A stretch of 64,000 nucleotides of DNA from an uncultured Acidimicrobiia bacterium (GCA_963786955.1 CAWBAT010000006.1:32001-96000), one strand, 5' to 3'. Positions 23,745 to 34,558 are shown, counted from the stretch's first letter. Made by a program: numbers and translations. The notes: generated by a model not told the origin, from the letters alone.

Positions 23745-23885
23745 CCCGTACCGGAGCACGCTCTCGAGCGCCGACTTCGGCGGCCAGCACGGACCCCTCA
23801 GCGTCAGCTATCTCTCCAGACTAAACAAGCAGGGAGGCAGGGAGTCTGCTGCTTCCCAAGCTACATCTGCTTTGACCCTCAATTC

Positions 23886-24287
23886 TCATTTCCTGTAGGT
23901 CGCATAAGAGGTTGGAGTTTCCCACAATCTGACCTCAGCCACGGGAAGCCCTTGTGACTCTGCGTACTCGTAGATCACGCGGGCAATGTTTTCAGCCGTC
24001 GGATTTTCTTCCATCACAAAACAAGGTTCCTTCAAGTCCCGGAGGATTTTGACGACAGGATCTCGTTTACACAAAAGCATGGAGTGATCGAGTTCTCTGT
24101 CAATCCAGGTTTTTACAACCTGATTAATCTCTCCGAAATCCACCACCATCCCACGGTTGTCCAGGGTTTGTGAGACGATTTCAATTTCAGCAATCGCATT
24201 GTGACCATGCAAGTGCTGACACTTCCCTTCGTATTCGAGCAGTCGGTGGCCATAGCAGAAATGGATTTCTTTTGTGACTTTATGAAT
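23886..24287 (-). CDS. queD: 6-carboxytetrahydropterin synthase (QueD/PTPS), apparent ATT start
   Basis: (M)HKVTKEIHFCYGHRLLEYEGKCQHLHGHN...GMVVDFG...LDHSML...NPTAENIA...WETPTS; AAGGAGG 5 nt before ATT at 24287. Confidence 0.92.
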   Translation of the reverse strand: MHKVTKEIHFCYGHRLLEYEGKCQHLHGHNAIAEIEIVSQTLDNRGMVVDFGEINQVVKTWIDRELDHSMLLCKRDPVVKILRDLKEPCFVMEENPTAENIARVIYEYAESQGLPVAEVRLWETPTSYATYRK

Positions 24288-24775
24288 GAGAGCCTCCTTG
24301 GTTAGTCTGAACTAATTATAACCGACTTCCCGCTCAAACGATGCGGAACGAATTTCAACTCTTGTGGTGACCACAGATTGAAGAATCAACCACGGGGAAC
24401 AACGGGAAAGACTCCAGAGAATTGAGATAGCCGGAAATTAGCGCTTATATTTCTTCTGCAGCCAAGGTGTCATTCGTTCTTTAAACGCATTGCCTCCGCC
24501 AAGGGAACGCAATAAAATTAAACCCATCAGATCCATACAGGCGTATTGGATCCCCAAACAAAACTAATCAATCGCAACTATTGGCGCTAGCCAGTAGTCT
24601 AGTATAGGCACATTGAACATTTCATCTATGCCAGAACAAAGGGGGAAGACTCATCTTTTGGACGAGATACACGTTGGCCTTCATTATAGGCTGAATGGGC
24701 TTCAACTCCAACGGGATCACTTGAACCTTTTTTTTGTAATATTTTTCTGACGGTCTAAGTCGAAAGTATATTCCC

Positions 24776-27367
24776 ATGGCGAGTCCCGTATTCACGATCG
24801 CCCTATCTTACTGCCTCGGCATTCTCCTGAGCGAACACATTCATACTCCGGTGGTACTCCTGGTTATCTATTCCGGCGTCATCTTACTGTTGCTTTGGTT
24901 TTCATATTTTAAGAAGTCCGGCCAGCTGGTCCTCATTTGCGCATCTCTGGCCTTTGTTGGATTCGGTTTAGCTGCCCCTGCCCTTCACAATCTGGGATAT
25001 CCTCCCGCACATCTCAAACGGCTTTTGGAGAAAGGAGTATTGGATCTTCGGGAACCCTGCCGCGTCACTGGGGTCTGCACCAAGAGTTCGATACGCCGGG
25101 CGATCGGTGAACAATTCGAGTTCGAATTGGAAAGAATCGAGAATAGGCACTCGGTCTTCCAAGCCTCAGGAAAAATCAGGCTGGCCCTCTACTATCCGAA
25201 GGGAGAAGTCCCGCCATCACAGGCTCTCATTCAGGCTGGAGAGCGACTCGCAGTCCTGGCTAACTTGCGTTTACCACAAAACTTCAACAATCCTGGTCAG
25301 TTTGATTCCGTCGCCTTCTTGGGGCGGCAGGATGTTTTTCTAGTGGGTACAGTCAAAAGCGAGCTTCTAATCACCCGCCTGGGTTCCCATCAAGGGGGAT
25401 TGCTGAGAAACACGATTTCGCGTCTCCGTTCTACCTTGCTCGAACGCATTAGCGCAGCCTTTCCTCAATCATCCCAGGTGCAGGAAATTGCCAGAGCCTT
25501 GCTTCTGGGAGAGAAACAAGGGTTGGACCCTGCGGTAGAACAAGCCTTTCAAGCCACTGGGATTTACCATGTCCTGGTGGTCTCCGGTCAGCACGTGGCT
25601 ATTATTGCCTTGTCATTGTTCATGGTTTTTAAGTTCCTGCGCCTCCCCAAGGGAGTCTCGTCTCTCCTGACCGTGGCCGCTCTCTGCTTGTACTGTGCGC
25701 TCACCGAAGAACAACCCTCCATCGTTCGAGCAACGCTGATGGCCGGAACCTTCCTCGTAAGCCTGAATTTTGACCGGGATCGCAATCTGCTGAATTCTCT
25801 CTCACTTGCCGCATTGCTGATTCTGCTGGACGACCCGCGCTGGGTCGTGGATCCAGGATTCCAGCTTTCCTTTCTTTCGGTTCTTGCGATTGCTCTGATT
25901 GCCCTTCCTGCGTTGGAGTGGAGTCTCCAGCCTGTTCGCAGCACCCTGCAGCGTCTGCACGACGCTACTCTTGACGCCAGAGTTCCCCCTCGTTGGGCGG
26001 ACTTTCGGATACGGTTGCGCGGAGCGTTGGAGAACCTGCGACGCTATGTTCCTAGCAGAGTCCATCAAGTGATCGTGATGGGCGTCAGTCTTAGCCTTCG
26101 CCTCGCTTTCGTGACGGCCGAAATCGCTGTCGTTTCATTTTCCATCCAAGCGGTGTTTGTTATATTGATGATTCTTTATTTTCACCGCGTATCCAGTCTG
26201 GCTTTGGTCATGAACCTCATCGTTGTCCCTTTGGTGGGATTGATTGTCCCGATCGGGTTTCTGTGTTTGTTGATCTCCTTTATCTCTCAGGCCGCTTGCC
26301 TCGTTCTCGCCAAGCTGTGTATTCTTATGCTCAGATCATTGCTAACCCTAACTCTCTTTTTCTCCAGCGAGGCGTGGGGGAATTATCGTCTCACTTCTCC
26401 TCCGGTTTGGATCGTGGTGGTTTATTTCTTCCTTCTGGGTTGTATTCTCGTCCCTCGTGTGCCGAAGCGAATGCGTCTCCTTGCCGCATTTTCTGCAACC
26501 ATTTTCTTGTTTGCCATTCTTCTTTACCCCTTTGCGCCCCGTTTGCCCGCCAATAACCTGCAGATCACGCTGATCGACGTGAGACAAGGTGACAGTATTC
26601 TCCTGAGCTTTCCAGGCAACCGCACCATGTTGATCGACGGAGGCGGCTTGCTCGGAAGAGCATTCGGCGAGGTGTATTCGGAAGACGAATTTGATGTGGG
26701 GGAGCGGGTCGTTTCCCCATTTTTATGGTCGCTAGGATTAAGACGAATTGACCGTTTAGTCCTGACTCATGCTCATCATGACCACATGGCGGGTCTTCGA
26801 ACTGTGATCAACAATTTCCCGGTGGAAGAACTCTGGATTGGAAAGAATCCTCTGATCCCTGAATACGTTGGCCTTTTGAAAGCAGCTCTCCGCAAGGGTG
26901 TATTCATCCGCACTTATTGTCAGGGGGAAACAGCTCAGTTTGCGAATGGGACGTTTGAATTCTTGAATCCAGGGCCCAATGCAGAGATCGGCCCAACACC
27001 GAAAAACAATGATTCACTCGCATTTCGTCTGCGCTATGGGGAAAGAAGCTTCCTGCTCACGGGCGATATTGAACAAAAAATTGAAGACCATCTCATTGCG
27101 AGCAAGGTAAATATCAAAGCAGACGTATTGAAGGTAGGGCATCACGGCAGCCGAACGTCCACCTCGCCAGAATTCTTGTCGCGCGTTCAACCGGTGTGGG
27201 CTCTCATTTCGGTGGCTGCTCATAGCCCTTTCGGACATCCGCATCCAGAAACGATTCAATGCCTGGTAGAGCATCGCGTTCCAATTTTCCGAACCGACGA
27301 GGATGGTGCCATCACGCTGACAACTGATGGAAGAAATCTAGAGATTTGCCTTTACGCGGAGAAATAG
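24776..27367 (+). CDS. comEC: DNA uptake competence protein ComEC/Rec2
   Basis: NPGQFD, HVLVVSGQHV, GFQLSF, DVRQGDS, LTHAHHDH, LTGDIE, LKVGHHGS, FGHP, RTDEDGAI. Confidence 0.95.
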   Translation: MASPVFTIALSYCLGILLSEHIHTPVVLLVIYSGVILLLLWFSYFKKSGQLVLICASLAFVGFGLAAPALHNLGYPPAHLKRLLEKGVLDLREPCRVTGVCTKSSIRRAIGEQFEFELERIENRHSVFQASGKIRLALYYPKGEVPPSQALIQAGERLAVLANLRLPQNFNNPGQFDSVAFLGRQDVFLVGTVKSELLITRLGSHQGGLLRNTISRLRSTLLERISAAFPQSSQVQEIARALLLGEKQGLDPAVEQAFQATGIYHVLVVSGQHVAIIALSLFMVFKFLRLPKGVSSLLTVAALCLYCALTEEQPSIVRATLMAGTFLVSLNFDRDRNLLNSLSLAALLILLDDPRWVVDPGFQLSFLSVLAIALIALPALEWSLQPVRSTLQRLHDATLDARVPPRWADFRIRLRGALENLRRYVPSRVHQVIVMGVSLSLRLAFVTAEIAVVSFSIQAVFVILMILYFHRVSSLALVMNLIVVPLVGLIVPIGFLCLLISFISQAACLVLAKLCILMLRSLLTLTLFFSSEAWGNYRLTSPPVWIVVVYFFLLGCILVPRVPKRMRLLAAFSATIFLFAILLYPFAPRLPANNLQITLIDVRQGDSILLSFPGNRTMLIDGGGLLGRAFGEVYSEDEFDVGERVVSPFLWSLGLRRIDRLVLTHAHHDHMAGLRTVINNFPVEELWIGKNPLIPEYVGLLKAALRKGVFIRTYCQGETAQFANGTFEFLNPGPNAEIGPTPKNNDSLAFRLRYGERSFLLTGDIEQKIEDHLIASKVNIKADVLKVGHHGSRTSTSPEFLSRVQPVWALISVAAHSPFGHPHPETIQCLVEHRVPIFRTDEDGAITLTTDGRNLEICLYAEK

Positions 27368-27392
27368 GATTTCGGGAGGCCATTCTTCAATT

Positions 27393-27617
27393 TCAGTATT
27401 CCGGAAGTTTACCGTCACTGTATCTTTTGAGGAAGTTTCCATTGACCAGATGACGCGGGTGAGTTAGGGCAAGTTCGTTTTCCACAATTCTCAGTTGTTG
27501 ATCGAGCGGTAAGTCTGGTTTTACCGTAACTCCGACAGGACCATAAAACTCGCCTTTACATTTTGGACACGGGACTAATTGATAGTGAAAATGTGCCATA
27601 TTCCCTCTTGTAGCCAT
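27393..27617 (-). CDS. Small hypothetical protein with CPKC and HPRH
   Basis: 68-74 aa ORF immediately downstream of and co-oriented with the pterin dehydratase; purine-rich RBS-like sequence before both ATGs. Confidence 0.6.
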   Translation of the reverse strand: MATRGNMAHFHYQLVPCPKCKGEFYGPVGVTVKPDLPLDQQLRIVENELALTHPRHLVNGNFLKRYSDGKLPEY

Positions 27618-27635
27618 TCCTACTCATCGTAAGCT

Positions 27636-27980
27636 TCACGTCAAATCTTTAGCAGGAGGAATTTCGTCGATTTTCGCCGCAAGAATAAAATCACTTTCAG
27701 TCAATCCATTAATCTTATGGGTCCAAATCTCAACTCGAACCTTCCCCCAGGCCAAATAGATGTCGGGATGATGATCTTCGCGTTCCGCAATCTCTCCAAT
27801 TCGATTGACCAGATGGAGGGCTTCCTTAAAGTCAGGCAGCTTATAGGTTTTGCTCAGATGGTGTTCCTCAATCACTTCCCAATCAGTAATCTGGCGAGCG
27901 AACATTCTCAGACCTTCACCTTTGAGAGGAGGCACTCCCCCCCGGCAAGGCACACAGCTTTTCTCGGCAAGATCGGACAT
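27636..27980 (-). CDS. phhB: Pterin-4-alpha-carbinolamine dehydratase
   Basis: MSDLAEKSCVPCRGG; AEREDHHPDI, WTHKINGLTESDFILAAKID; AAGGAGG RBS. Confidence 0.93.
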   Translation of the reverse strand: MSDLAEKSCVPCRGGVPPLKGEGLRMFARQITDWEVIEEHHLSKTYKLPDFKEALHLVNRIGEIAEREDHHPDIYLAWGKVRVEIWTHKINGLTESDFILAAKIDEIPPAKDLT

Positions 27981-28076
27981 AACGAATTCCTCCTTAGATA
28001 CAATCAATTTATGCTCTCATACCCTCACTAGGATAACATTGTATGGAAGAACAACCGATCGACTGTGAACAAATTG

Positions 28077-28230
28077 AAACCACGGGGAACACGGGGGACC
28101 CTTCTACTGACGCCGCTGATTAGGGCTAACTGATATTTTCGATTTTCTATCGGCTATTTAGTATTTTCGATCTCAGTTTTATTAATTAAATCACACCAAT
28201 CAATTATTTCCCCCGTGCACACCGTGGTTT
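28077..28230. repeat. Palindromic intergenic element (REP/MITE-like)
   Basis: Left arm AAACCACGGGGAACACGGGGGA (28077-28098), right arm TCCCCCGTGCACACCGTGGTTT (28209-28230); AACCACGGGGAAC recurs at 24388-24400. Confidence 0.7.
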
Positions 28231-28269
28231 AAGTTTTCCCTCGAATCAATGCAAGCCGTTCCAAATCAT

Positions 28270-29364
28270 TTATCCTTTCTTCGCTTTGGCCAATTCCGGT
28301 AATGATCCATCCGGCGCATAACGCCCATATTTATGCGCACATTCCATGATCGTGTGGATAGCGACAGGAGGGACTGCCGCAGTTAACGCACATCCTGGCC
28401 CAAGAATAAATTCACCATGGGGAGCCATCACGCTCATGATCTCTTGGGTGTGATTCCTGATTTCATCAACACTTCCGTATGGCAAGATATGCGTCGAGTC
28501 GAGCATACCCAAAACAGAAATGCGCTTGGTTATTTTTTGTTTTAGTGTCTTTGGGTCCGTTAGAGGGTCTAGTTCGAGACAATCGGCTCCAGTGCCCATG
28601 AGGTTCTCGATCAAACGGGTTTCATTACCGCAGGAATGAACAAAACTGCGCAGCCCTCCCAATCTCATGGCGTCGCAAAAAGCTTTCACTCGCGGACGTT
28701 CCAGGTCGTCGAAGAGCTTGGGAGAAATAAGACTCAAGCCAACCGATCCGAGGCTCGAACCATGGGCGCCTGCGCGCTTCTGGGCTTCTCCGTATGCAAT
28801 ATTTGTCTGCGAGCAAATATCCAGAAGTTGCAGAACTCTTGGACGAAGGTCGGGGTCCATGACAGCGGTCAGGAACTTTTCAGGGCCACTAAGAGCCAAA
28901 GCCAGTGCTACCGGCCCCTGATCAGCCCTCCCCATAACAAACACCTTCCCTTTCGTCTCGCGAACCAGAATTCGCGTAGCCTTTAACATTTCATTTAAGG
29001 GGAATGTCTTCTCGGGGTCCGGGATGCTGAGCTGGTCCACATCGCTCCAGGAGTGGATCGCACGCTTTTCGACATGAGGAGGAAGTTCCGCTTGATACCA
29101 GATTCCACATCCCATGGCTTCGGCTTCGGCGCAGACTCCGTTTTCGTGCATGATCAAGTCATGCCCAAACTCTCGCCAGGCAGCCAATTGAACATCTGCC
29201 AGCATCTCTCCACTTTTTAGAACAACACTCAGATCAGCTTTCGCCATCGCGCAAGCCATCAGAAAATTATGCAGGGCGACCGGAACTCTATCCGGTATCC
29301 GGTGATCTAAAACAGCATTGACACGTTCCAAAGAGTTCATTGAGTTCATTCGATTAATCCTCAT
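28270..29364 (-). CDS. Uroporphyrinogen decarboxylase/MtaA-CmuA methyltransferase family protein
   Basis: MNSLERVNAVL...PDRVPV, AEAEAMGC, HSCG and ILGPGC putative Zn ligands. Confidence 0.85.
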   Translation of the reverse strand: MRINRMNSMNSLERVNAVLDHRIPDRVPVALHNFLMACAMAKADLSVVLKSGEMLADVQLAAWREFGHDLIMHENGVCAEAEAMGCGIWYQAELPPHVEKRAIHSWSDVDQLSIPDPEKTFPLNEMLKATRILVRETKGKVFVMGRADQGPVALALALSGPEKFLTAVMDPDLRPRVLQLLDICSQTNIAYGEAQKRAGAHGSSLGSVGLSLISPKLFDDLERPRVKAFCDAMRLGGLRSFVHSCGNETRLIENLMGTGADCLELDPLTDPKTLKQKITKRISVLGMLDSTHILPYGSVDEIRNHTQEIMSVMAPHGEFILGPGCALTAAVPPVAIHTIMECAHKYGRYAPDGSLPELAKAKKG

Positions 29365-29696
29365 AACTAATCTGGGGGAGAACGGAAATTGACCGACTCA
29401 GAAACGAACTCTAACGGCCTGGATCATACTGCGCCAGCCTAATCAACGAGTCAAGATCCATGCCATTCATGACCACATAAGAACTGAAACATTCACGACA
29501 TTCTCACATCCTTCTTTCTCTGCGACTTCCTATCCAGGACGTGCACCCATGGTTACCCGACAGGGTTCTCATGGTACTATCAGGCAAGTGAGCCACAATG
29601 CTCTATGGCACTCTGGTCCTTGCTAAGACAGAATAAGATTCATCATTAAAAGAAGCCGGCATTCATCTCTTTGGATTTTGGGATTGTTAAACTTCT

Positions 29697-30047
29697 ATGG
29701 ATCGTATTCGTTTTACCCAGCTAGTTGAAGAAGCCCTGACCCGTTTGCCAAAAGTCTTTAAAACCAAGCTTGAAAACATTTCCATTATAGTCGAAGACTA
29801 CCCTGAGGAAGCATTGGAGGAGGAGTTTGACGGCTTGCTTTTGGGTTTGTTTCGGGGAACTCCACGAACCGAACAATCCGTTTTTGCAACTCACATGCCC
29901 GCCCAGATTTTTCTTTACCAGAAAAACATCGAAAAAGTGTGCGGGACGGAGAAAGAAATTTTGGAACAGATTAATAAGACCTTGAAACATGAAATCGGCC
30001 ATTACTTTGGCCTTTCAGAGAAAGACCTGCGACGAAAAGGATATTGA
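29697..30047 (+). CDS. Minimal zincin metallopeptidase (Zincin_1/DUF1025)
   Basis: LLGLFRG.P, IFLYQKNI, HEIGHYFG. Confidence 0.9.
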   Translation: MDRIRFTQLVEEALTRLPKVFKTKLENISIIVEDYPEEALEEEFDGLLLGLFRGTPRTEQSVFATHMPAQIFLYQKNIEKVCGTEKEILEQINKTLKHEIGHYFGLSEKDLRRKGY

Positions 30048-30069
30048 TCCATCCGGCAGCAGCCGGCCG

Positions 30070-32169
30070 ATGAGAAAACTCTTGATGACCCCTGAAGAGA
30101 AAAATATAGAGGCAAATCGGGCCGGGTCGGCAGCAGGGCCTATTGGGCACTCCCTGCAAGAATCCAGCCTGGATGATCTTACCTCAACGTCCCTCCCAGC
30201 CAATGCTTATCACCCCCTCTCCCCAGGAGAAGTGTATTGTCCCTTGGTGCCAACAAGTGCCTCTCCTTTTGAAGCCACCCGACGATCTGTCGGATGGGGT
30301 CTTCTCTTGTGCGCTATTTTTACGATAGCTTCCGCTTATTCAGGGCTTAAAGTAGGCCAGGTCATGGAAGCCGCCATTCCTATTTCAATCCTGGCGATTG
30401 GCCTTGCCCGACTCTATCCAAGACGGTCGACACTGCTTGAAAATGTGATCATTACCAGCATCGGGGGTCTTGCCGGCGCCGTGGTGGCCGGCGCTATCTT
30501 CACGCTACCAGCGCTCTACATGCTCAAGCTTGCCCCTCATCCCCTTCAAGCCATTTTTATTTGTCTGGCTGGCGGATCTCTCGGCGTACTGTTCCTAATC
30601 CCTCTCAGACGCTATTTTGTGCGCGAAACGCACGGGAATTACCCGTATCCAGAGGCCACGGCCATCACAGAAGTATTGGTGGCAGGTGAAAAGGGGGGCG
30701 CCAAAGCCAAACTTCTCTTGCAATCCACGGCGGTTGCCCTGGTTTATGATTTTTTTGTAACGACGTTCCAGGTATGGAAGGAAACGGTTGATTTCCAGTT
30801 TATCCCATTGGTAAAGACAATGGCGGAACACGCCCGAGTCGTTATCCGATTCGATGCCATCGCCTTCATCCTCGGTCTCGGCTATGTGATGGGGCTGCGA
30901 TCTTCCATGATTCTCTGTGCAGGTGGTGTCCTCTCGAATCTGGTCCTCGTCCCATTGGTGTGGATGTTTGGTCAGAGCAACTCAAACGCGGTTATTTCGC
31001 CTGGACTAATTCCGATTGCGAGCATGAATGCCGAGCAAATATTCCGCAGTTACGTTCGCTTTGTGGGTGTTGGCGCCATTGCTACAGCCGGAATCTTCAG
31101 CGTGATCAAATCTCTTAAAGTGGTCGTGGGTTCTTTCTCCATTGCGGCCCGAACTTTTCAGCGGGGAGAGGACGCTCAGTTAGAGAGGACCGATCGCGAT
31201 ATCTCTGTATTCTCGATTCTGATCGGAGTTGTTCTGGTCACCCTTTGCGCCGCCCTTTTCTACGGCACTCTTGAAGGAAGTGGTTTCCTTTTTGTGACGA
31301 TGGCTTTACTGCTGACTCTTCTGTTTTCATTTTTTTTCGCCTCTGTGGCTGCCAACGCCATCGCCACAACAGCTCGGAACCCGGTTTCCGGCATGACGAT
31401 GCTCACCATTATTATTTCTTCAGTGATCTTCCTAAAATTTGGGTTGTCCGGAACAACGGGCATGTTTTTTATCATGGCGATTGCCGGAATGGTTTGCACG
31501 GCCCTATCTGTGTCGGGACAAACGATTACGGACCTGAAGACGGGTTATTGGCTCGGGTCAACCCCGGCGGCACAGGAGAAGGTAAAATTCCTGGGAGTCC
31601 TGGTTTCTTCCCTCGCTGTGGGGTTAACGATCGTCATGCTGGCCAACGCCTTTCAATTCGGTGAGGTCACCGCGGGGGATCCGAGAGCGGTTTTGGTATC
31701 CCCTCAAGCATCGATCATGAAGGCACTTGTCGAAGGATTCATGACAGGACAGCCCGTTGCCTACATCCTATTCGGAGCGGGAGCGGCGATTGCTGTAGTG
31801 ATGGAGATGCTTCGGGTCCCGGCCCTGATCTTTGCCCTGGGGATGTATCTGCCCCTCGAACTGAATTCTCCTGCTCTAGTTGGCGGATTTCTTTGTTACT
31901 TGATCAACCGGAGGGCGGAAAAACAAGGGGGCCTAAAAGGATCATCAATTCGGGAACGAGGAATCATCATCGCCTCCGGATTAATGGCAGGCGGTGCTCT
32001 GGGAGGAGTCATTGGGGCGAGTTTGAGACTTTTCCCCTGGTATGCAGAAAATCGAATCAAGACACCTTTCTATGACCACGAAAGTACTTCTCAGATCGTT
32101 TCGCTCGTTCTATTTATTGGGCTCTGCCTATTTCTTTGGTTTGATTCCGTGCGAGTGGGCCGAAAATGA
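30070..32169 (+). CDS. OPT-family oligopeptide transporter
   Basis: YSGLKVG...AAIPISIL, YPYPEATA, NPVSGMT, TDLKTGYWLGSTP, ASGLMAG; start uncertain (29989-30085). Confidence 0.92.
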   Translation: MRKLLMTPEEKNIEANRAGSAAGPIGHSLQESSLDDLTSTSLPANAYHPLSPGEVYCPLVPTSASPFEATRRSVGWGLLLCAIFTIASAYSGLKVGQVMEAAIPISILAIGLARLYPRRSTLLENVIITSIGGLAGAVVAGAIFTLPALYMLKLAPHPLQAIFICLAGGSLGVLFLIPLRRYFVRETHGNYPYPEATAITEVLVAGEKGGAKAKLLLQSTAVALVYDFFVTTFQVWKETVDFQFIPLVKTMAEHARVVIRFDAIAFILGLGYVMGLRSSMILCAGGVLSNLVLVPLVWMFGQSNSNAVISPGLIPIASMNAEQIFRSYVRFVGVGAIATAGIFSVIKSLKVVVGSFSIAARTFQRGEDAQLERTDRDISVFSILIGVVLVTLCAALFYGTLEGSGFLFVTMALLLTLLFSFFFASVAANAIATTARNPVSGMTMLTIIISSVIFLKFGLSGTTGMFFIMAIAGMVCTALSVSGQTITDLKTGYWLGSTPAAQEKVKFLGVLVSSLAVGLTIVMLANAFQFGEVTAGDPRAVLVSPQASIMKALVEGFMTGQPVAYILFGAGAAIAVVMEMLRVPALIFALGMYLPLELNSPALVGGFLCYLINRRAEKQGGLKGSSIRERGIIIASGLMAGGALGGVIGASLRLFPWYAENRIKTPFYDHESTSQIVSLVLFIGLCLFLWFDSVRVGRK

Positions 32170-32182
32170 CGGGCGGTGACGA

Positions 32183-34545
32183 ATGAAGCGGCAGATTCCA
32201 TTGATCTCATTATTGCTCCTTGCCCTCACCTTCCTGAATTCGTCTCTCGCTTCTGGCCGCTGATGATCGATTGCCAGGAACTGAACCATTGACCGTCGAA
32301 GGCGACATCCCCAGTCAGATGGTGGAAGGGATTCACAAGTATTTGGATTGGAAGACATTGGAAAATCAGCTGGAACGCGAAGAGATATGGGAATCTCAAG
32401 ATTCCATACAAAGGGACTCTTGAAAGGATTAAGCGTTTTCGCAAAATAATCGGCGCCGTTGACCTCAGAGTACAAAGCAAAGGGTTGGAAATCCTCGGGT
32501 CAGCCGTTGCGTCTGCCTCAGCGGGAAGTGGCAGAGGGTATCAGGTTTTCAAGGTACGCTGGCCGGTTTTCGAGGGAGTAACAGGCGAAGGTTTGCTGCT
32601 GCAGCCTGAGAATAAACCGTTCGCTCCGAATAGTGGCCATCCCGGATGCCGATTGGTCTCCTGAAATGCTGGCGGGCCTTGAGCCGGGAGTTCCGCCTGC
32701 CGCCCAATTCGCCCGCAAACTTGCGGAAGTCGGATGCCAGGTTGTGATTCCGACACTCATTGACCGGAATGACACATGGTCTGGCATCCCGGGCGTTCGC
32801 ATGACAAACCAACCCCATCGTGAATTCATTTACCGGATGTCTTATGAGGTGGGACGGCACATCATCGGCTACGAAGTGGAAAAGATTCTCGCCGTTATTG
32901 ACTGGTTTGACCACGAAGATGACCAGTCGCCTTCGAAACTCACGGCTGTGATGGGTTATGGAGAAGGGGGCCTGTTGGCCCTGTATGCCGCTGTTCTGGA
33001 TCGGCGGATCGACCGAACCGCAGTCAGCGGCTATTTTCAACCCCGCGAAGAGCTTTGGAAGGAACCCATCTACCGCAATGTCTGGGGACTGCTTAGAGAG
33101 TTTGGCGATGCCGAACTGGCCAGGCTCATCGACCCAAACAGAGGCCTCATTGTTGAAGCCTGCGCTGGTCCGCAAGTAAACGGACCGCCAGTGGAAAGCA
33201 CTGAACGCAAGGGAGCCACTCCCAATGGAAGCTGCAAACCCCTTCACTCGAGTCGGTAAGATGGGAAATCGAAAGGTCCTGGAAGTTTGATCCGGAGGAT
33301 AATCGTAGCCTGTTCCATTTTGTCGTTAATGAGATGGGAAATGGGTTGCCAGGCTCCGACGAAACTCTCCGCCTGCTCCTCGCAGGTACCCCGGCAGAAC
33401 CGTTAATCGGTCACCAGACTGGGTTTCCCTCGCAAATCCTTCTATTCCCCGGGCCAGTTTAGATCAGAGGCAACTCTGCGGATGAAGCGCCAGTTTGACG
33501 AACTCGTGTCTTTCACACAAAAACTTGTTCAGCAATCCCCGCATCAGCGTCAGGAATTTTGGAAGACAGCCGATGCTTCCTTGCCGCAACGCTGGAAGGA
33601 GACATCCCGAACCCAGCGTACATTTCTTCTGGGAAGAAGTCATCGGCAGGTTACCCGATCCAGATCTTCCCATGAATCCTCGAACACGCCTCATTTACGA
33701 TGAGCCCAAGTTTAAGGGCTATGAAGTGATGCTCGACGTCTGGACGGACGTGTTTGCCTATGGAATCCTTTTAGTTCCCAACGACCTCAAGGCGGGAGAG
33801 CATCGGCCAGTGGTCGTCTGCCAGCACGGCCTCGAAGGTCGTGCGAGTGATGTCGCTGACCCTAAATCAGATTCCCCATACTACCATCGTTTCGCTGCCC
33901 GATTGGCCGAGCGGGGCTTTATTACCTTCTCCCCACAAAACCCATACATCGGCAAGGATCGTTTTCGTCTCCTCCTGCGCAAAAGCCATCCATTAAAACT
34001 AACTCTGTTTTCCTTCATCATTGGCCAGCATCAACGAATCCTGGAATGGCTGGTAACTTTACCTTTTGTCGACCCTGCCCGGATCGGATTTTACGGTTTA
34101 TCTTATGGCGGGAAAACAGCGATGCGGGTCCCTACTCTGCTTGATGGCTACGTCTTATCCATTTGTTCAGGTGACTTTAACGAATGGGTTTGGAAAACCA
34201 CCAGTGTCGAGTCCAAGTATAGTTATATGATCTTGCATGAATATGACATGTATGAGTTCAATCTCGCGAATGTTGCAAACTACGCCGAATTGGCCACTTT
34301 GATGGCTCCCCGGCCCTTCATGGTAGAAAGGGGGCATGATGATCCGGTTGCGCCAGACGAATGGGTCACCTTTGAATTTGCAAAGGCAAGGCGGTTCTAT
34401 GATATCCGCCTAGGGCTACCTGATCGCTGTGTGATTGAATTGTTTGACGGCCCGCATACTATTAATGGGAAAGGGACATTTCAATTCCTCGAGAAATACT
34501 TAGGCTGGCCTCCTGAGGGAGGAGACGATTCAGCCCTCTCCGTAG
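32183..34545 (+). CDS. Secreted two-domain alpha/beta hydrolase (dienelactone hydrolase-like), multiply frameshifted
   Basis: Signal MKRQIPLISLLLL at 32183; GYGEGG, VVCQHGLEG, RIGFYGLSYGGKTA, APRPFMVERGHDD, GPHTING; true stop uncertain because ORF 33495-34745 runs into the opposite gene. Confidence 0.75.
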
Positions 34546-34558
34546 AACAGGCCGCCAC

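Noticed and set aside
24288-24330. preQ1 riboswitch upstream of queD
   Set aside because: Only a small TTAGT-TCAG-ACTAA hairpin; no A-rich tail or class I pseudoknot pattern
24438-24620. Minus-strand 60-codon frame MFNVPILDYWLAPIVAID*FCLGIQY...KKYKR with internal TAG
   Set aside because: No RBS, no recognisable motif and requires read-through; could arise by chance
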